Shown here: positions 50,001 to 63,421 of the stretch, one piece after another
Numbering within the stretch: the stretch's first letter is position 1
How the letters are laid out: each line of letters begins with the position of its first letter
Assembly (NCBI GenBank): GCA_030390025.1
Contig: CM059438.1
Location: forward strand, 65,102,001-65,166,000
DNA length: 64,000 nucleotides
Origin: Squalus acanthias
Lineage: Eukaryota
Direction: 5' to 3'
Notes under the pieces: generated by a model
What the model was told of the DNA's origin: nothing
Databases searched by the model: none
The model's input: the letters and a program-made list of their open reading frames with translations, nothing else
Position numbers and translations under genes: made by a program

Positions 50001-50934
50001 ATGAGCAGTGTAAAAAGGGGAGGAGGATGCACAGGAGTTGGAGGGGAATGGAGGGGGTGATCTCTGAGACAGGATCAGAAATACTGTGAAATGTAATGGT
50101 GCCTTCATTGTATTTTGAAAACCCCAGTGTTTTTGCCTGGAGTTGCTTGGTAATTTGTGACAATTACAGGAGAAAAACTACATTACAATTTTTTGTGAAC
50201 TGAGCCAAACTAGCACTGTATGTGAAACAGTGCTATAAAGGAGTATTGAGAGACAGCTGTAACAGGCAAAACGGGTTAAAATCTCAGGCCACTGGAAAGG
50301 ACGTCAGGCAGAACTTCTGTACATAGAGGGCGATAGAGTTATGGAATAAGGCCATTGAAGTGGACAGCATAAATAGGTTTGGGAGGTAAGGATATGTGCT
50401 TTAGCAGAGAGGAAAGATTGAGTGAGTGAGTGGAGTTTAAAGCTATCAAAAAGAGACATGCTTGTTGGGCTCAATTCTTGTGTCTAAGAGTTTTTTATGC
50501 TAAAATTGACTTGTATCTCTCCTATTTTGAATGATGTGGTTGAATTGTTTCAGTGGTTGAATTGCTTCAGTGATTGAGCGATTCTCACAGAAACCTGTGT
50601 TGCTGAAAACATTTTTTTTGCGACTTTGGCAATCGAGTTTTCATTTCGATATCGAGACTGCATTCTGCTGCTGTGAAGTGACTTGTAGAGCTGTTCCCAA
50701 AAAGCTGAATCAGAACCAGGCTCAGTGCGCTAAAACTTGATTTAGTTCAGGCTTGAAATGCTTGGCACAGGCAAGCGAAAGCCAGACATAATGCTTGGGC
50801 CTAAAACATCTTTGATTCCTTCACACAGGCTAGTCAGTCCAGCTTAAAAAAATAAATACAGGGAGAAGTAAAGACTTAAATTTATTTAGCGCTTCATCAC
50901 ATCGCTCAGAAACAACTCCACAAACACTTCATCC

Positions 50935-51402
50935 GAACCCATAACAAACCCCTCTGATGCTCATCACCTCTGCTCTTGATGACCTACATTAGCTCCATGT
51001 TCCCCAACAGTTCAAATGTAAAATTCTCATCCTTGAGTTTAAATTCCTCCATGGCCTCACCCCTCCCTATCTCTGTAACCTCCTCCAGCACTATAATCCT
51101 CCCCTGCAAACTCTCCATTCTTGTGACTCCAGTCTCTTATGCATCGCGCCCCCCCGCCCCCCTTCACTCCACCATTGATGGCTGTGCCTTCAGTCACCTA
51201 GGTCTCAGTCTCTGGGAATTCCTCCCTAAACTCCTTCACCTCCCTGTCCTTCGTTAAGACTCTTCTTGAAACACACCTCTTTGACCAAGCCTTTGACCGC
51301 CCATCTTAATCTTTGGCTCTGTGTCCGTTTTTCCTTACACCACTGTGAAGCACCTTGGGATATCTTCCTACCTGAAAGACGCTATATAAATATACGTTGT
51401 TG
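50935..51402 (+). mobile_element. Old L2 3' fragment
   Basis: Similar to ~20060-20540. Confidence 0.8.
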
Positions 51403-52310
51403 CATAATGCATTACTTTGGGACTGTTTTATCTAAGGCAAAGTTGGCTGCCATTTTGTGCACAGCAAGATCTGACCAAACAGCAATGAGATGCACGACCA
51501 GTTGATCTGTGAGTGCGCAAAGGTATAAAATGGTTGATTGTGTCATTGATCGAGAAGCTGCACCTGGCAGTTTTGAGGTCAAATAGAAAGCGGTAAACTA
51601 AAAAAGACATATTGACCAAATAAGAACTGTTTCAGTGGACGGAGATGACGTTTCAGGCATGGAATCTGAAACTAGTTCCTGGTCAATGGACTTAGAAGAA
51701 AAAGACAAACCAGAGCTGGAAGTTGTTGAACTGATATTGCTGAAGATCTTAAAACATGTCTTCTACAGTTGATTTTGAACTGAGAATCTTTTTAAGAGTT
51801 TGTGAGGAAATTACCATTGAAGATTTGGGTACCACATGAGTTAGATCCCAGTTGTATTCATTAAAAGATTAAACTGTGGGCTTCCTCTTTTCAATACAGA
51901 GGAGCAAGTCTAACCTACTACTGGGAACAGAAAGACCAGTTTGTAGTCTTAAATGGGAATCAATATGGTGAAACAGCTTAGATGTTTCCTTAAGGGGCAT
52001 GTGTGTATGCATACACGTATTAAAAATATTCTGTGATTATTGATCGGTGTAGACATCAGACATCAGTGTTCTGTGGCAGACTTATGCAGTGAAAGATTTG
52101 AACAAGGAATGCCTTTGTACCATTTGTGTGCTGTTAACTTTTGTTTTGAACAAATACAAGGGAATTTCTTTGTAATGTATCAGGGACCCATCTGAATTTC
52201 TCAAATCCCTGAATTTGGCACCGGTGACAAATCTGTTCAAGATAGCATTGGTAGGAGTGACCATCTCACGGTCCTTAGCGGAGTAAGACTTGATCTTCAC
52301 GGTGACTTAC

Positions 52311-53601
52311 AGGACAAACCAGAGACAGATCTAGCAGTCTAATAGTGGTGTTCATGAGCTGTGGTGGGCCATCAGTAGTAGAATTGTATACCACCACAAT
52401 CTGTAACCTTGCGGCCAGGCACATCCCTCACTCAATGATCACTATCAAACTGGGAGACCAATGCGGAGTATCGAGTACATGCCAGGAATGGCACCAGGCA
52501 TACTTTAGAATGAGGTATCAAGTAGTGCAGCTACAACCAGTTACCTGCACACTAAACACCAAAAGCTGCAGGCTATAGACAGAGATAAGCGGTTAGACCA
52601 TCAACGGATCAAGGCAGAGCTCTCCAGCTCTTCTACATCCAGTCAAGAATGATACTGGATAACCAGGCAACTAATAGGAGAAGGAAACTCCATGAGTATC
52701 CCGATTCTCAACCACGATGGAACCCAGCACGTGACTGCAAGACACAGACCAGGGTCTTCAACCAAAAGTGAGGAGTGGACAGTCCTACTTAGCCTCCTCC
52801 TGAGGTCCCCACCATCATAGATGCCAGTGTTCAGCCAATTCAGTTCACTCCGTGTGATATTAAGAAGCGGCTGAGTGCACTGGAGACTGCATATGGGCTC
52901 TGGGCTCTGACAACGTCTTGCCTGTAGTGCTGAAGACCTGTGCTTCACAGCAGAGATAGTGGCTCCCTTAGCCAAGTTGTTCAAGTACAGCTACGAAACT
53001 GGAGTCCACTGGATAATATGGAAGATTGCCCAGGTATGTCCTATCTACAAAAAAACAGGCTAAATATAACCTGTCCAATTAACGCCCGATCAGTTTCCTC
53101 CCAATCATCAATACAGTAATGGAAAGACTCATCAATAGTGCCATCAAGCACCACCTACTCACCAATAATCTCTTCACTGACACTCAATTCAGGTTCTCTT
53201 ACAACCACTCAGTTTCACACCTTATCATAGCCTCGATCCAGACATGGACACAGGTCCTGAATGCCAGAGGAAAGGTGAGAGTAGCTTTCCTCGCTATTAA
53301 AGCAGCATTCGACTGAGTGTGGCACCAAGGACCCTACCAAAACTGAAGTCTATGGATGTCAATAGAAAAGCACTTCAGTAGCTGAAGTAATAATGTGACA
53401 CAAAGGAAGGTGGTCATGGTTGTTGGAGGCCAGCTATGGCAAGCCCAGTACGTCCCTGCAGCAGTTCCTCAGGGAAGCATCCTCGGCCCAACCATCTTCG
53501 GCTGCTTCATCAGTGACCTGCCTTCCATCATAAGGGGATGCTCACTGACAATTTCACAGTATTGAACTCCATTCACAAATCCTCCAATGATGAAGCAGCC
53601 C
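52311..53601 (+). mobile_element. Older CR1-group LINE fragment
   Basis: Colinear with the reverse complement of ~58650-59930; VPQGSILGPTIFGCFISDLP. Confidence 0.85.
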
Positions 53602-54211
53602 ATTTTAGGTGTTGTCTTTTACAGTTAATGTAACTGGGAGCAGAACATCTATCTGAAGAGTCATTACCCTCCACAAATCCGCCATGTCCACTTCTCCCGT
53701 CGTCGCATATATGTGGATGGAGAATTCATCCTTCTTTGTCAAAAGGGTTTTCAGATCTATACAGGATATCCAGATAGTCCCTCACTCCACTTGATCTGGT
53801 AATCTTCTTCAGCACTAAATTACAGTCCACACTGCACTCTCTCTTCCCCGATTGTGGATTACGGCTTAACCCTGCTCCCAGTGCTACACCATTAAAGGCT
53901 GAGTTTTTATTCACTGTGGTCCTGCCCTCTGGAATACTCTTCCCCTTGTTACTTTTCTTCATGCATTCAATGTCTTCCTAAAAACTGACTGCTATATGTC
54001 CACAATTTTCATGGCCAAACATCTACAAATTCTGGGTGGGGCATTGGGTATGGACTGGAGTTAATGCAATTTAACAAGGACACTAATGACATTTAGCTTG
54101 TAAAATCCAATCGTTGTCACAATGATACATGGATCTCAGTAAAGTCCCACAATTTTCTTCCATTTTCTTCCCTGTCATTCTGAAAGGCTTAACAGTTACA
54201 GCCTGACAACC

Positions 54212-55275
54212 TGAAAATGACCTGTTTATCCCTACTCTCTGTTTTCTGTCCATTAATCAATCCTCTACCCATGCTGATATATTACCCAACCCCATGTGCC
54301 CTTATCTTGTGTAACAACCTTTTATGTGGCATCTTATCGAATGCCTTTTGGAAATACAAATATACTATATCCACTGGTTCCCCTTTATTTACCCTGCTAG
54401 TTACATCCTCAAAAAAATCGAATAAATTTCTCAAACACGATTTCACTTTTGTAAAACTATGTTGACTCTGCCTAATCATTTTATGATTTTCTGAGTGCCC
54501 TGTTACTACTTCCTTAATAATGGATTCCAGCATTTTCCTGACAACTGATGTCAGGCTAACTGGCCTGTAGTTCCCTGTTTTCTCTGTCCCTTCTTGAACA
54601 GCCGTGTTACATTTGCTACCTTCCAATCCACTGGGACCATTCTAGAATCTGGGGAATTTTGGATGATCACAACCAATTCTTCCACTATCTCTGCATCCAC
54701 CTCTTTTAGAACCCTAGGATGTAGGCATTCAAGTCCAGGGGATTTGTCAGCTTTTAGTTCCATTAGTTTCTCAAGTACTTTTTCTCTACTGATATTAATT
54801 ACTTTAAGTTCAATGCTCTCATTAGCCCCTTGGCTCCCCACTATTTTTGATATGCTTTTTGTGTCTTCTACTGTGAAGACAGATACAAAAGATTTGTATA
54901 AAGTCTCTGCCATTTCCTTATTCCCCATTATAATTTCTCCTGTCTCAGCCTCTAAGGGACCAATGCTTACTTTTGCTACTCTCTTCCTTGTTACATATTA
55001 CAAGCTGTTTTTATATTTCTTGCTAATTTACTCTTATATTCTATTTTCTCCCTTTTTATCAAATTTTTGGTCATCATTTGCTGGTTTCTAAAACTCTCCC
55101 AATCCTCAGGCTTACTACTATTCTTCACAACATTATAAGCCTCTTCTTTTAATCTAATACTATCCTTAACTTCTTAAGTTGGCTGGATGGATCACTTTTC
55201 CTGCAGAGTTTTTATTTCTCAGTGGAATGTATATTCATTGAGAATTTTAAAATATTTCTTTAGATGTTTGCCACT
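54212..55275 (-). mobile_element. CR1 LINE ORF2 fragment
   Basis: KSPGLECLHPRVLKEV, GNYRPVSLTSVVRKMLESII, YLYFQKAFDKMPH. Confidence 0.92.
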
Positions 55276-55486
55276 TACATCTTGTCACGTTGTTGCTACA
55301 GTCAGTGTCACTGCTTATCTAAATATCAAACTACAAAAGCACCATGCGGACCCCAGACCTTCTCCTTTAGAATTACAAGAATAAAATCTGCCTCTCTTGG
55401 CAAATGGATTTTCAACAAAGATGTATTTCAAAGCAAAACATGAAGCCAATCTGTACTGCTGTATGCTTGTATCATGATGTGAAATA

Positions 55487-55622
55487 GGGCCTAGCCACTC
55501 AATTTAAATATAAACATTTAGTCACTGATGTGTTTGATTGGGCAGCTCTTTTTGAATTCATGATGTGGAGATGCCGGTGTTGGACTGGGGTGGACAAATG
55601 TGAGAAGTCGTACAACACCAGG
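55487..55622 (+). repeat. 136-bp direct duplication, left copy
   Basis: Matches 63108-63243 with one substitution (T55611/C63232). Confidence 0.95.
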
Positions 55623-57564
55623 GGTAGCCCTCCTCCCTTTCTTTTTTGTCGACCCTTCCTAAATACTGAATACCCCTGTATGTTAAGCTCCCAGCCCTGC
55701 TCACCCTGCAACCATGTTTCCGTAATCCCAATTAGATCATAATTATTAACCTCTATTTCCACAGCTAATTCATCTACCTTGTTCCTGATGCTTCTCGCAT
55801 TAAGGTATAAACCCTCAGGCTTTTTTTATGCTCACATTTTTTATGAATTGGTTTGGCCTTTGTTTTTTGTTTCTTCACCCTTTTACCATTTATTTCTGTC
55901 TGCCTTTCACTTTCCTCTATTTCACTACATAGGTTTCTAGCCCCTGCCATACTAGTTTAAATGCTCCCGAACTGCTTTATCAAAAATTACCCCGAGAACA
56001 TCAGTTCCATCTTTGCACAGGTGTAGACCGTCCCTTTTGTATAGGTCACACCTACCACAAAACTGGTTCCAATGCCTCAAAAATTTAAAACCCTCCTCTT
56101 ACACCACTGCTCAAGCCACGTATTTAGCCTAACTATCCTGTTCTCTGTACTCTTACTAGCACGTGGCACTGGTAGTAATCCAGAGATTACTACCTTCGAG
56201 GTCCTACTTTTTAGCTTGGCTCCTAACTCCCTAAATTCTACTTGTAGGACCTCTTCCCTTTTTTAGCTACGTCGTTGGTACCAACATGTATCACGACAAT
56301 GGCTGTTCCCCCTCCCCCTCCAGAATGTTCTGCACCCGCGCCGAGACATCCTTGACCTTGCACCAGGGAGGCAACATACCATCCTGGAGTCTCGGTCGCG
56401 ACCACAGAAACCCCTATCTATTCCCCTTACAATCGAATCCCTATTACTATAGCCCTGCCACTCTTTTTCCTCCCTTCTTTGCAACAGAGCCAGTCATGGT
56501 GCCATGAGCCTGGCTGCTGGTGCCTTCCCCGATGAGTCATCCCCCCGACAACAGCACCTAAGGCGGTGAACCTGTTGCTAAGGGAGACAACCCCAGGGGA
56601 TTTCTGCACTACCTTCCTGCCCTTGCTCTGCCTTTTGGTCACCCATGTACTATCTACGCTGGCCTTAACTGCGGTGTGACCAACTCACTAAATGTGTTAT
56701 CCACAACCCTCTCAGAATCGTGGATGCTCCAAAGTGAGTCCATCCGCAGCTCAAGGGCCGTCATGCGGTCCCACATGAGCTGCAGCTGGACACACTTCCC
56801 GCACACATGGTTGTCAGGGACACAGGAAGCGTCCCTGATTTCCCACATGTTACAGGAGGAGCATGACACAGGTCCGAGCTCTACTGCCATGACTTAACCC
56901 TTATATTACTTTTTAATTTTCTAGTTTTAGTTTATTTATTGACTTTTTTTTCTCGAAGCTTACTTAGACCAATGTATACTGCACTCCTCTTATTCCTTTT
57001 AAACAAACCAAATCCCACTAGTTTTAGTTTTACTTTCTAGGAAGGTTTGAGGAAGTACTTACCAGTTAGTCTTACCTCCCTGGTCTTTCGCTGACTTCCG
57101 GTCTTGTGTCCCTTGTTCCTACGCCGACTTCCCGCTCCTCCGGTTCCTGCCCAGCTGAAAAGAAACTGAGACCAAAAAATTTGTGACCTCTGTTTTTAGA
57201 CTGCTAAAAGACTAGTAGGTTAGAGGAGGAGGGCGGGTGGGGGTTCCTACTCTGTAGGAACTCGGGTTTAAGCCACACCCTCCTTAAATGCTGTTCACCT
57301 GGTGCTTCCCACCTGGTCCGCTTCCGGGTCGTCTCTCCCGACATGGCCTCTGCAAAAAAGCCCGCGAAAGTGAGTTTAAATACTCACTGTGCTGCTGCTC
57401 TCTCCGCTCCCGACACTGGCCTCTGCAAAAAAAAGCCCGCGAAAGTGAGTTTAACTACTCACTGTGCTGCTGCTCTCTCCGCTCCCGACACTGGCCTCTG
57501 CAAAAAAAGCCCGCGAAAGTGAGTTTAAATACTCACTGTGCTGCTGCTCTCTCCGCTCCCGACA
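55623..57564 (-). mobile_element. CR1 LINE 5' portion (5' UTR, ORF1 zinc finger plus esterase, start of ORF2 endonuclease), 3'-truncated
   Basis: ORF1 from 56890 with CSSCNMWE..CGKC, LSNRFTAL, DSIVRG..VCCLPGAR; ORF2 YDLIGITETWL..GYSVFRK.R..KGGG cut at 55623. Confidence 0.92.
57335..57564. repeat. About 3 copies of a ~74-bp tandem unit at the CR1 5' end
   Basis: Unit TGGCCTCTGCA(n)GCCCGCGAAAGTGAGTTTAAATACTCACTGTGCTGCTGCTCTCTCCGCTCCCGACAC. Confidence 0.95.
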
Positions 57565-58093
57565 ACTTGGAGCCTGAGTTTGCTTCAGGTTTGGAGAGCT
57601 GATTCGTACGGATACCCGCAATCCAATGTCTGGGATCAGAAGACAGTTGATGCCATTGCATCATTACACACATGCACAAAACAGTTTAATTAATTCTGGT
57701 CCCATTAAAAATATTTTTACCATTATCCCAGGAGAAAGAACCAGTTGAGTAAAGAGTAAAGTAGATATCATTTCAATGTTTTTTCTCCCTATCCCTGCTC
57801 AGTTTTGCCATTTGGAACCCAACCTGTGGAAGATTGGATTCACAACAGCGGTCGATGCCCTGAATTTTGGGTCTCAAATGATCAGGCGCTGAGGGTTTAA
57901 TTTTTGACTCTGTGGATTGATTCGATCTGACATCAACCCCGTTTACATACGAGCGTTCAGATCAGAGTGAAGCATCAACCATTAAAGATGGGGTGTTCAG
58001 GCACTCTTAGAGTTCCATCTGGTGATGGCACAGGGGAGCATTATTGAAGCCCACTTGTGTCCAAAGATTCAATGGGTAATGTTCGTTCACATT

Positions 58094-60390
58094 CGTTTGG
58101 GAGGTGCTGCGAAGAAGCCTTGGCGAGTTGCTGCAGTGCATCTTGTAGATGGTACACACTGCAGCCACGGTACGCCGGTGGTGGAGGGAGTGAATGTTTA
58201 AGGTGGTGGATGGGGTGCCAATCAAGCGGGCTGCTTTGTCCTGAATGGTGTCGAACTTCTTGAGTGTTGTTGGAGCTGCACTCATCCAGGCAAGTGGAGA
58301 GTATTCCATCACATTCCTTACTTGTGCCTTGTAGATGGTGGAAAGGCTTTGGCGAGTCAGGAGGTGAGACACTCACTGCAGAATACCTAGCCTCTGACCT
58401 GCTCTTGTTGCCACAGTATTTATGTGACTGGTCCAGTTAAGTTTCTGGTCAATGGTGACCCCCAGGATGTTGATGGTGGGGGATTCGGCGATGGTAATGC
58501 CATTGAATGTCATGGGGAGGTGGCTAGACTCTCGCTTGTTGGAGATAGTAATTGCCTGGTACTTGTGTGGCGCGAATGTTTCCTGCCACTTATCAGCCGA
58601 AGCCTGAACGTCATCCAGGTCTTGTTGCATGCGGGCACTGACTGCTTCATTATCTGAGGAGTTGTGAATGGCACTGAACACTGTGCAGTCATCAGCGAAC
58701 ATCCCCATTTCTGACCTTATGTTGGAGGGAAGGTCAGTGATGAAGCAGCTGAAGATGGTTGGGCCTAGGACACTGCCCTGAGAAACTCCTGCAGCGATGT
58801 CCTGGGGCTATGATGATTGACCTCCAACCACCACAACCATCTTCCTTTGTGCTTGGTATGATTCCAGCCAGTGGAGAGTTTGCCCCCGATTCCAATTGAC
58901 TTCAATTTTATTAGGGCTCCTTGATGCCACACTCAGTCAAATGATGCCTTGATGTCAAGGGCAGTCACTCTCATCTCACCTCTGGAATTCAGCTCCTTTG
59001 TCCATGTTTGGACCAAGGCTGTAATGAGGTCGGGAGCCGAGTGGTCTTGGTGGAACCCAAACTTGGCATCAGTAAGAAGGTTATTGGTGACTAAGTGCCG
59101 CTTGATAGCACTGTCGATGACACCTTCCATCACTTTGCTGATGATTGAGAGTAGACTGATGGGGCAGTATTTGGTCGGATTGGATTTGTCCTGCTTTTTG
59201 TGGACAGGACATACCTGGGCAGTTTTCCACATTGTCGGGTAGATGCCAGTGTTGTAGCTGTCCTGGAACAGCTTGGCTAGAGGCGCAGCTAGTTCTGGAG
59301 CACAAGTCTTCAGCACGATAGCGGGGATGTTGTTGGGGCCCATAGCCTTTGCTGTATCCAGTGCACTCAGCCATTTCTTGATATCATGTGGAGTGAATCG
59401 AATTGGCTGAAGACTGGCTTCTGTGATGGTGAGGACTTCAGGAGTAGGCCGATAGGAATCATCCACTCAGCACTTTTGGCTGAAGATGGTTTCAAATGCT
59501 TCAGCCTTGTCTTTGAGGATGGGGATATTCATGGAGTCTCCCCCTCCCGTTAGTTATTTAATGGTCCACCACCATTCACGACTGGTTGTGGCAGGACTGC
59601 AGAGCATTTATCTGATCTGTTGATTGTGGGATCGCTTAGCCCTGTCTATAGCATGCTGCTTCCGCTTTTTAGCATGCATGTAGTCCTGTGTTGCAGCTTC
59701 CCCAGGTTGGCACCTCATTTTGTAGGTACGCCTGGTGCTGCTCCTGGCATGCTCTTCTACACTCCTTATTGAACCAGGTTTGGTCCCCTGGCTTAATGGC
59801 AATGGTAGAGTGAGGGATATGCCGGGCCATGAGGTTACAGATTGTGGTAGAATACAATTCTGCTGCTGCTGATGGCCCACAGCACCTCATGGATGCCCAG
59901 TTTTGAGCTGCTAGATCTGTTCTGAATCTATCCCATTTAGTACAGTGGTAGTGCCACACAACGTGATGGATGGTGTCCTCAGTGTGAAGACGGGACTTTG
60001 TCTCCACAAGGACTGTGTGGTGGTCACTCATGCCAATACTGTCATGGACAGATGCATCTGCGACAGGTAGATTGGTGAGGACGAGGTCAATATAGGTTTT
60101 TCCCTCGTGTTGGTTCTCTCACCAGCTGTCGCAGGCCCAGACTGGCAGCTATGTCTTTCAGGACTCAGCCAGTAGTGGTGCTACTGAGCCATTCTTGGTG
60201 ACGGACATTGAAGTCCCCCACCCAGAGTACATTCTGGGCCCTTGCTACTCTCAGTGCTTCTTCCAAGTGGTTTTCAACATGGAGGAGTGCTGATTCATCA
60301 GCTGAGGGAGGGTGGTCGGTGGTGATCAGCAGGAGGTTTCCTTGCCCATGCTTGACCTTAAGCTATGAGACTTCATGGGATCTGGAGTCA
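58094..60390 (-). mobile_element. CR1-group LINE (endonuclease remnant to RT), decayed
   Basis: SDHHTVLV, KAMGPNNIP, YCPISLLSIISKVME, LDIKASFD, MFADD; same family as 1690-2906. Confidence 0.92.
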
Positions 60391-62714
60391 ATTCTCATTT
60401 GTTATAATTGTATATTTCCAGCAGAACCCATTCATACTTTTTTTTTGGTCAGCTGGGTGTCTGAGATGCGCAGAAACCATCCCCCCTTGTTTTAAAGTCT
60501 CCAACCCAAGCTACTGTAGAGTTTGCCTTGTATGTGGTTCAGACTCTGCTCTGTCTGTCAGAGCACATCGAACTGAGACAAGTCTGGAGAGCCTCGGTGC
60601 AGAACCGGGCTTAGGAACCCCCAAAAGTGTACTGCTGGAGTTTCACCAGCTAAAGCCTAGCAGCTAACCAGGATAGAGCTTGCCCAGCTCAGGCCTATTG
60701 AGACATTGTTTGCAAGGTTACATGACACTAAGGAGGAAGAATCACAGCACCCAGTAACAGGGCTACTCTTCCAGGCCCCATTAATGAGCCAGGCTGGCTC
60801 ATCCGTTATCAACAGTACTCTGGATTACAGTGGGTCTGCTGGTTCAGGTGTTAGATAACAGAATCTACCAAAGTGGGTTGACTTGGATCCAACCTTCCAT
60901 CATAAGGTGTGTCATCTTGGAGCCACTCCAATCGCCAAGGAGACCCCGCTTACCTCACCTTCTCGCATCTCAAGGAGGATAGTCACTAGTTTGTCATCAG
61001 ATACACGATGAGCATGGTTCCAGGCCTTTGCTAGGTGGACAGCTTTTGCCAGAATCTCCTCATGAATGGCATGGTGCATAGCATTACTCGCCATAAGATA
61101 TGTGAGTGCATTGCCACTGTCCTCCTGACTACGGCATCAACATAGAACATACCCCAAGGAATGGTGGTTCCACCACTTGGAGGCACAGAGCTTTAGCAGC
61201 AGCTGCTTGCCTCTCTGCAACCCAACTTTAGTAGGCACTGAGCCCGGGATATATGAGCACATGGTGGAAGGATCTAAACCGAGCCAGCCACCTTAATGTT
61301 CTGCCCAATACCATGGACCAAACTTACTTATCGCCATTTGCTTAATCCAGGTCCTCATGTGAGGGGGTTGAGAAAAATCTGTGTGTGTAGTGAGGTTAAT
61401 TTCCCCTCCTGGGTACTCGTTGACAGGTTGGTACAGGCTGGTTCCCCCTCTTCCTGCAGCCATGTCCCCTTTTCTGACAAATCCACCTCACAACTCGATG
61501 GAGATCTTACACATGGGTCAGAGGAAGCTCTTGCTTTGCATGCCGGGCATCACGAACCATGAAGGAGAATGTGACAAGGAATCATTCATTTGGAAACAAC
61601 TAGTGACACTTTTAATTTCAAAAAATGTGGCAAATAAAGTTTTGAGCAGGTAAGAATTTAAACTAAAATTAAACTCCTTTTAGCCTCTCTGGCATATTTA
61701 TGTCGAAGTTAATCATGTGCGAGTGAAGTAAACAGGTTTAATAGTGTGTGTATATGTATGTTATCACTTATTCTAGATGCCTCTCACAGAGATGGGTTTG
61801 AATAATCTACACATCACTGAGGTAAAGAAGCAACTAGTTTGCTCTTTGAGTTTCCTTTTTTGGGAAGAATATGAAATGGCCTTTTAATTATACATGAGAA
61901 TGAAATGCTCACACTACTTACCTCTGCTCTATATTTCTGTGTTACGCTTTCCATTTATTACAACTGTTGGGATTTCTCATGATTGAATTCAAAGGAATAA
62001 AAGCCTAGAGGTCTTGCTGTTAACATAATAATTCCCTGTTTTGGGGGGTCAAGTGCAGGTAAATTTACATCAGACTGGATAAACACAGCAAAGCTCTGGT
62101 AAAATTTCTAAATACTTACAACATTTTGAGAAGGTCCATCTTACTTCTGACATCTCAATTCCAAGTGTTCCAATGTGAAATGTGCTGAAGCCCAGTCATT
62201 TTCCTGTTGATGTTAATTCCAGTTGGTGAGGGAAGTTAAGAGAACTGACCTAGAGGCAGATAGTTACAAAGAAGTCCCAAAGCATTTCCCAACCAACGAA
62301 TGACTTAATTTTTTTGAAGTGCAGTTACTCTTGTTATGTAAGCATATGTGGCAGCTAATTTGAACACACGCCCCTGGCAATCTGCAAACGTCATTCACCA
62401 GCAGTAACTCACCCGTAATTGACCTCAGGACCAAAATAGACCACTCTCCACGGCCAGATGAGCAGCTAAACATCACATGCCTGCTGGAGATGAGCTAGTA
62501 GACACATTTATTAATGTTGATTCCCTGATTCGCCTCTGACATATCCTGTTGGAATTTGCATTTATTGGTGATTCTTGTTGTGCTCCTCAGAGGGAGAAAT
62601 GTCTATGCTGGGAAATGGAAGACATTGTGGAAACATAAAGCATTTCCATTTCAGGTGGAATCAGGACCAGATACAGAATGAAGTCAGTTGGCATTTCAAC
62701 TTCACTCCTTCTTG

Positions 62715-62960
62715 CTTCTGGGTCACGAGGCTGCGGGTCCAAATCCCCACATAAGGCTGACACCCAATGTATTACTGAAGAGACGGTTACATTGGAGCTG
62801 ATGTCCTGTACATGAGATGTTAAGTCTAGACCTCGCCTGCCTGACCTCATGGTTGGGGTGGATGTTGAAGATCCCACGGCACTAGTCAAAGACAAGTATT
62901 GATGGATCCCTCAATAAATACCATTCACAAACTTATCAACTGACCATTCATCTCATGTGA
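62715..62960 (+). mobile_element. Old SINE 5' portion
   Basis: GGGTCCAAATCCC B-box-like motif, AGGCTGACAC, GAGATGTTAA, GAAGATCCCACGGCACTA. Confidence 0.55.
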
Positions 62961-63107
62961 CAAAAATGAAATATTTTTGTTGAAGGTTTAACATGGTATT
63001 GTCTTCTTTAATTGTATCAAGGTACATAAGTTGCTGGACTCACAGAACAATGTCGCATTCCATTGCAGTAGTTCATTGGTTTGTATAAAAACAAGTATGT
63101 GGGGGAG

Positions 63108-63243
63108 GGGCCTAGCCACTCAATTTAAATATAAACATTTAGTCACTGATGTGTTTGATTGGGCAGCTCTTTTTGAATTCATGATGTGGAGATGCCGGTG
63201 TTGGACTGGGGTGGACAAATGTGAGAAGTCGCACAACACCAGG
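63108..63243 (+). repeat. 136-bp direct duplication, right copy
   Basis: Matches 55487-55622 with one substitution. Confidence 0.95.
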
Positions 63244-63269
63244 TTATAGTCCAACAGCTTTATTTGAAA

Positions 63270-63306
63270 TCACAAGCTTTCGGAGCGCTGCTCCTTCGTC
63301 AGGTGA
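63270..63306 (-). ncRNA. Minimal hammerhead ribozyme motif, intact core
   Basis: Minus strand TCAC-CTGACGA-a-GGAGC-agc-GCTCC-GAAA-GCTT-GTGA. Confidence 0.82.
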
Positions 63307-63384
63307 AGTGAAGAGATGCATATAGGCACAGCATATATCGTGTTCTCTGACTATATATGCTGTGCCTATATGCATCTCTTTACT

Positions 63385-63421
63385 TCACCTGACGAAGGAG
63401 CAGCGCTCCGAAAGCTTGTGA
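63385..63421 (+). ncRNA. Minimal hammerhead ribozyme motif, intact core
   Basis: TCAC-CTGACGA-a-GGAGC-agc-GCTCC-GAAA-GCTT-GTGA. Confidence 0.82.

Noticed and set aside
60640..61400. GC-richer stretch with a short ORF (60912-61094)
   Set aside because: May be an old mobile-element remnant, but I found no diagnostic motif or termini
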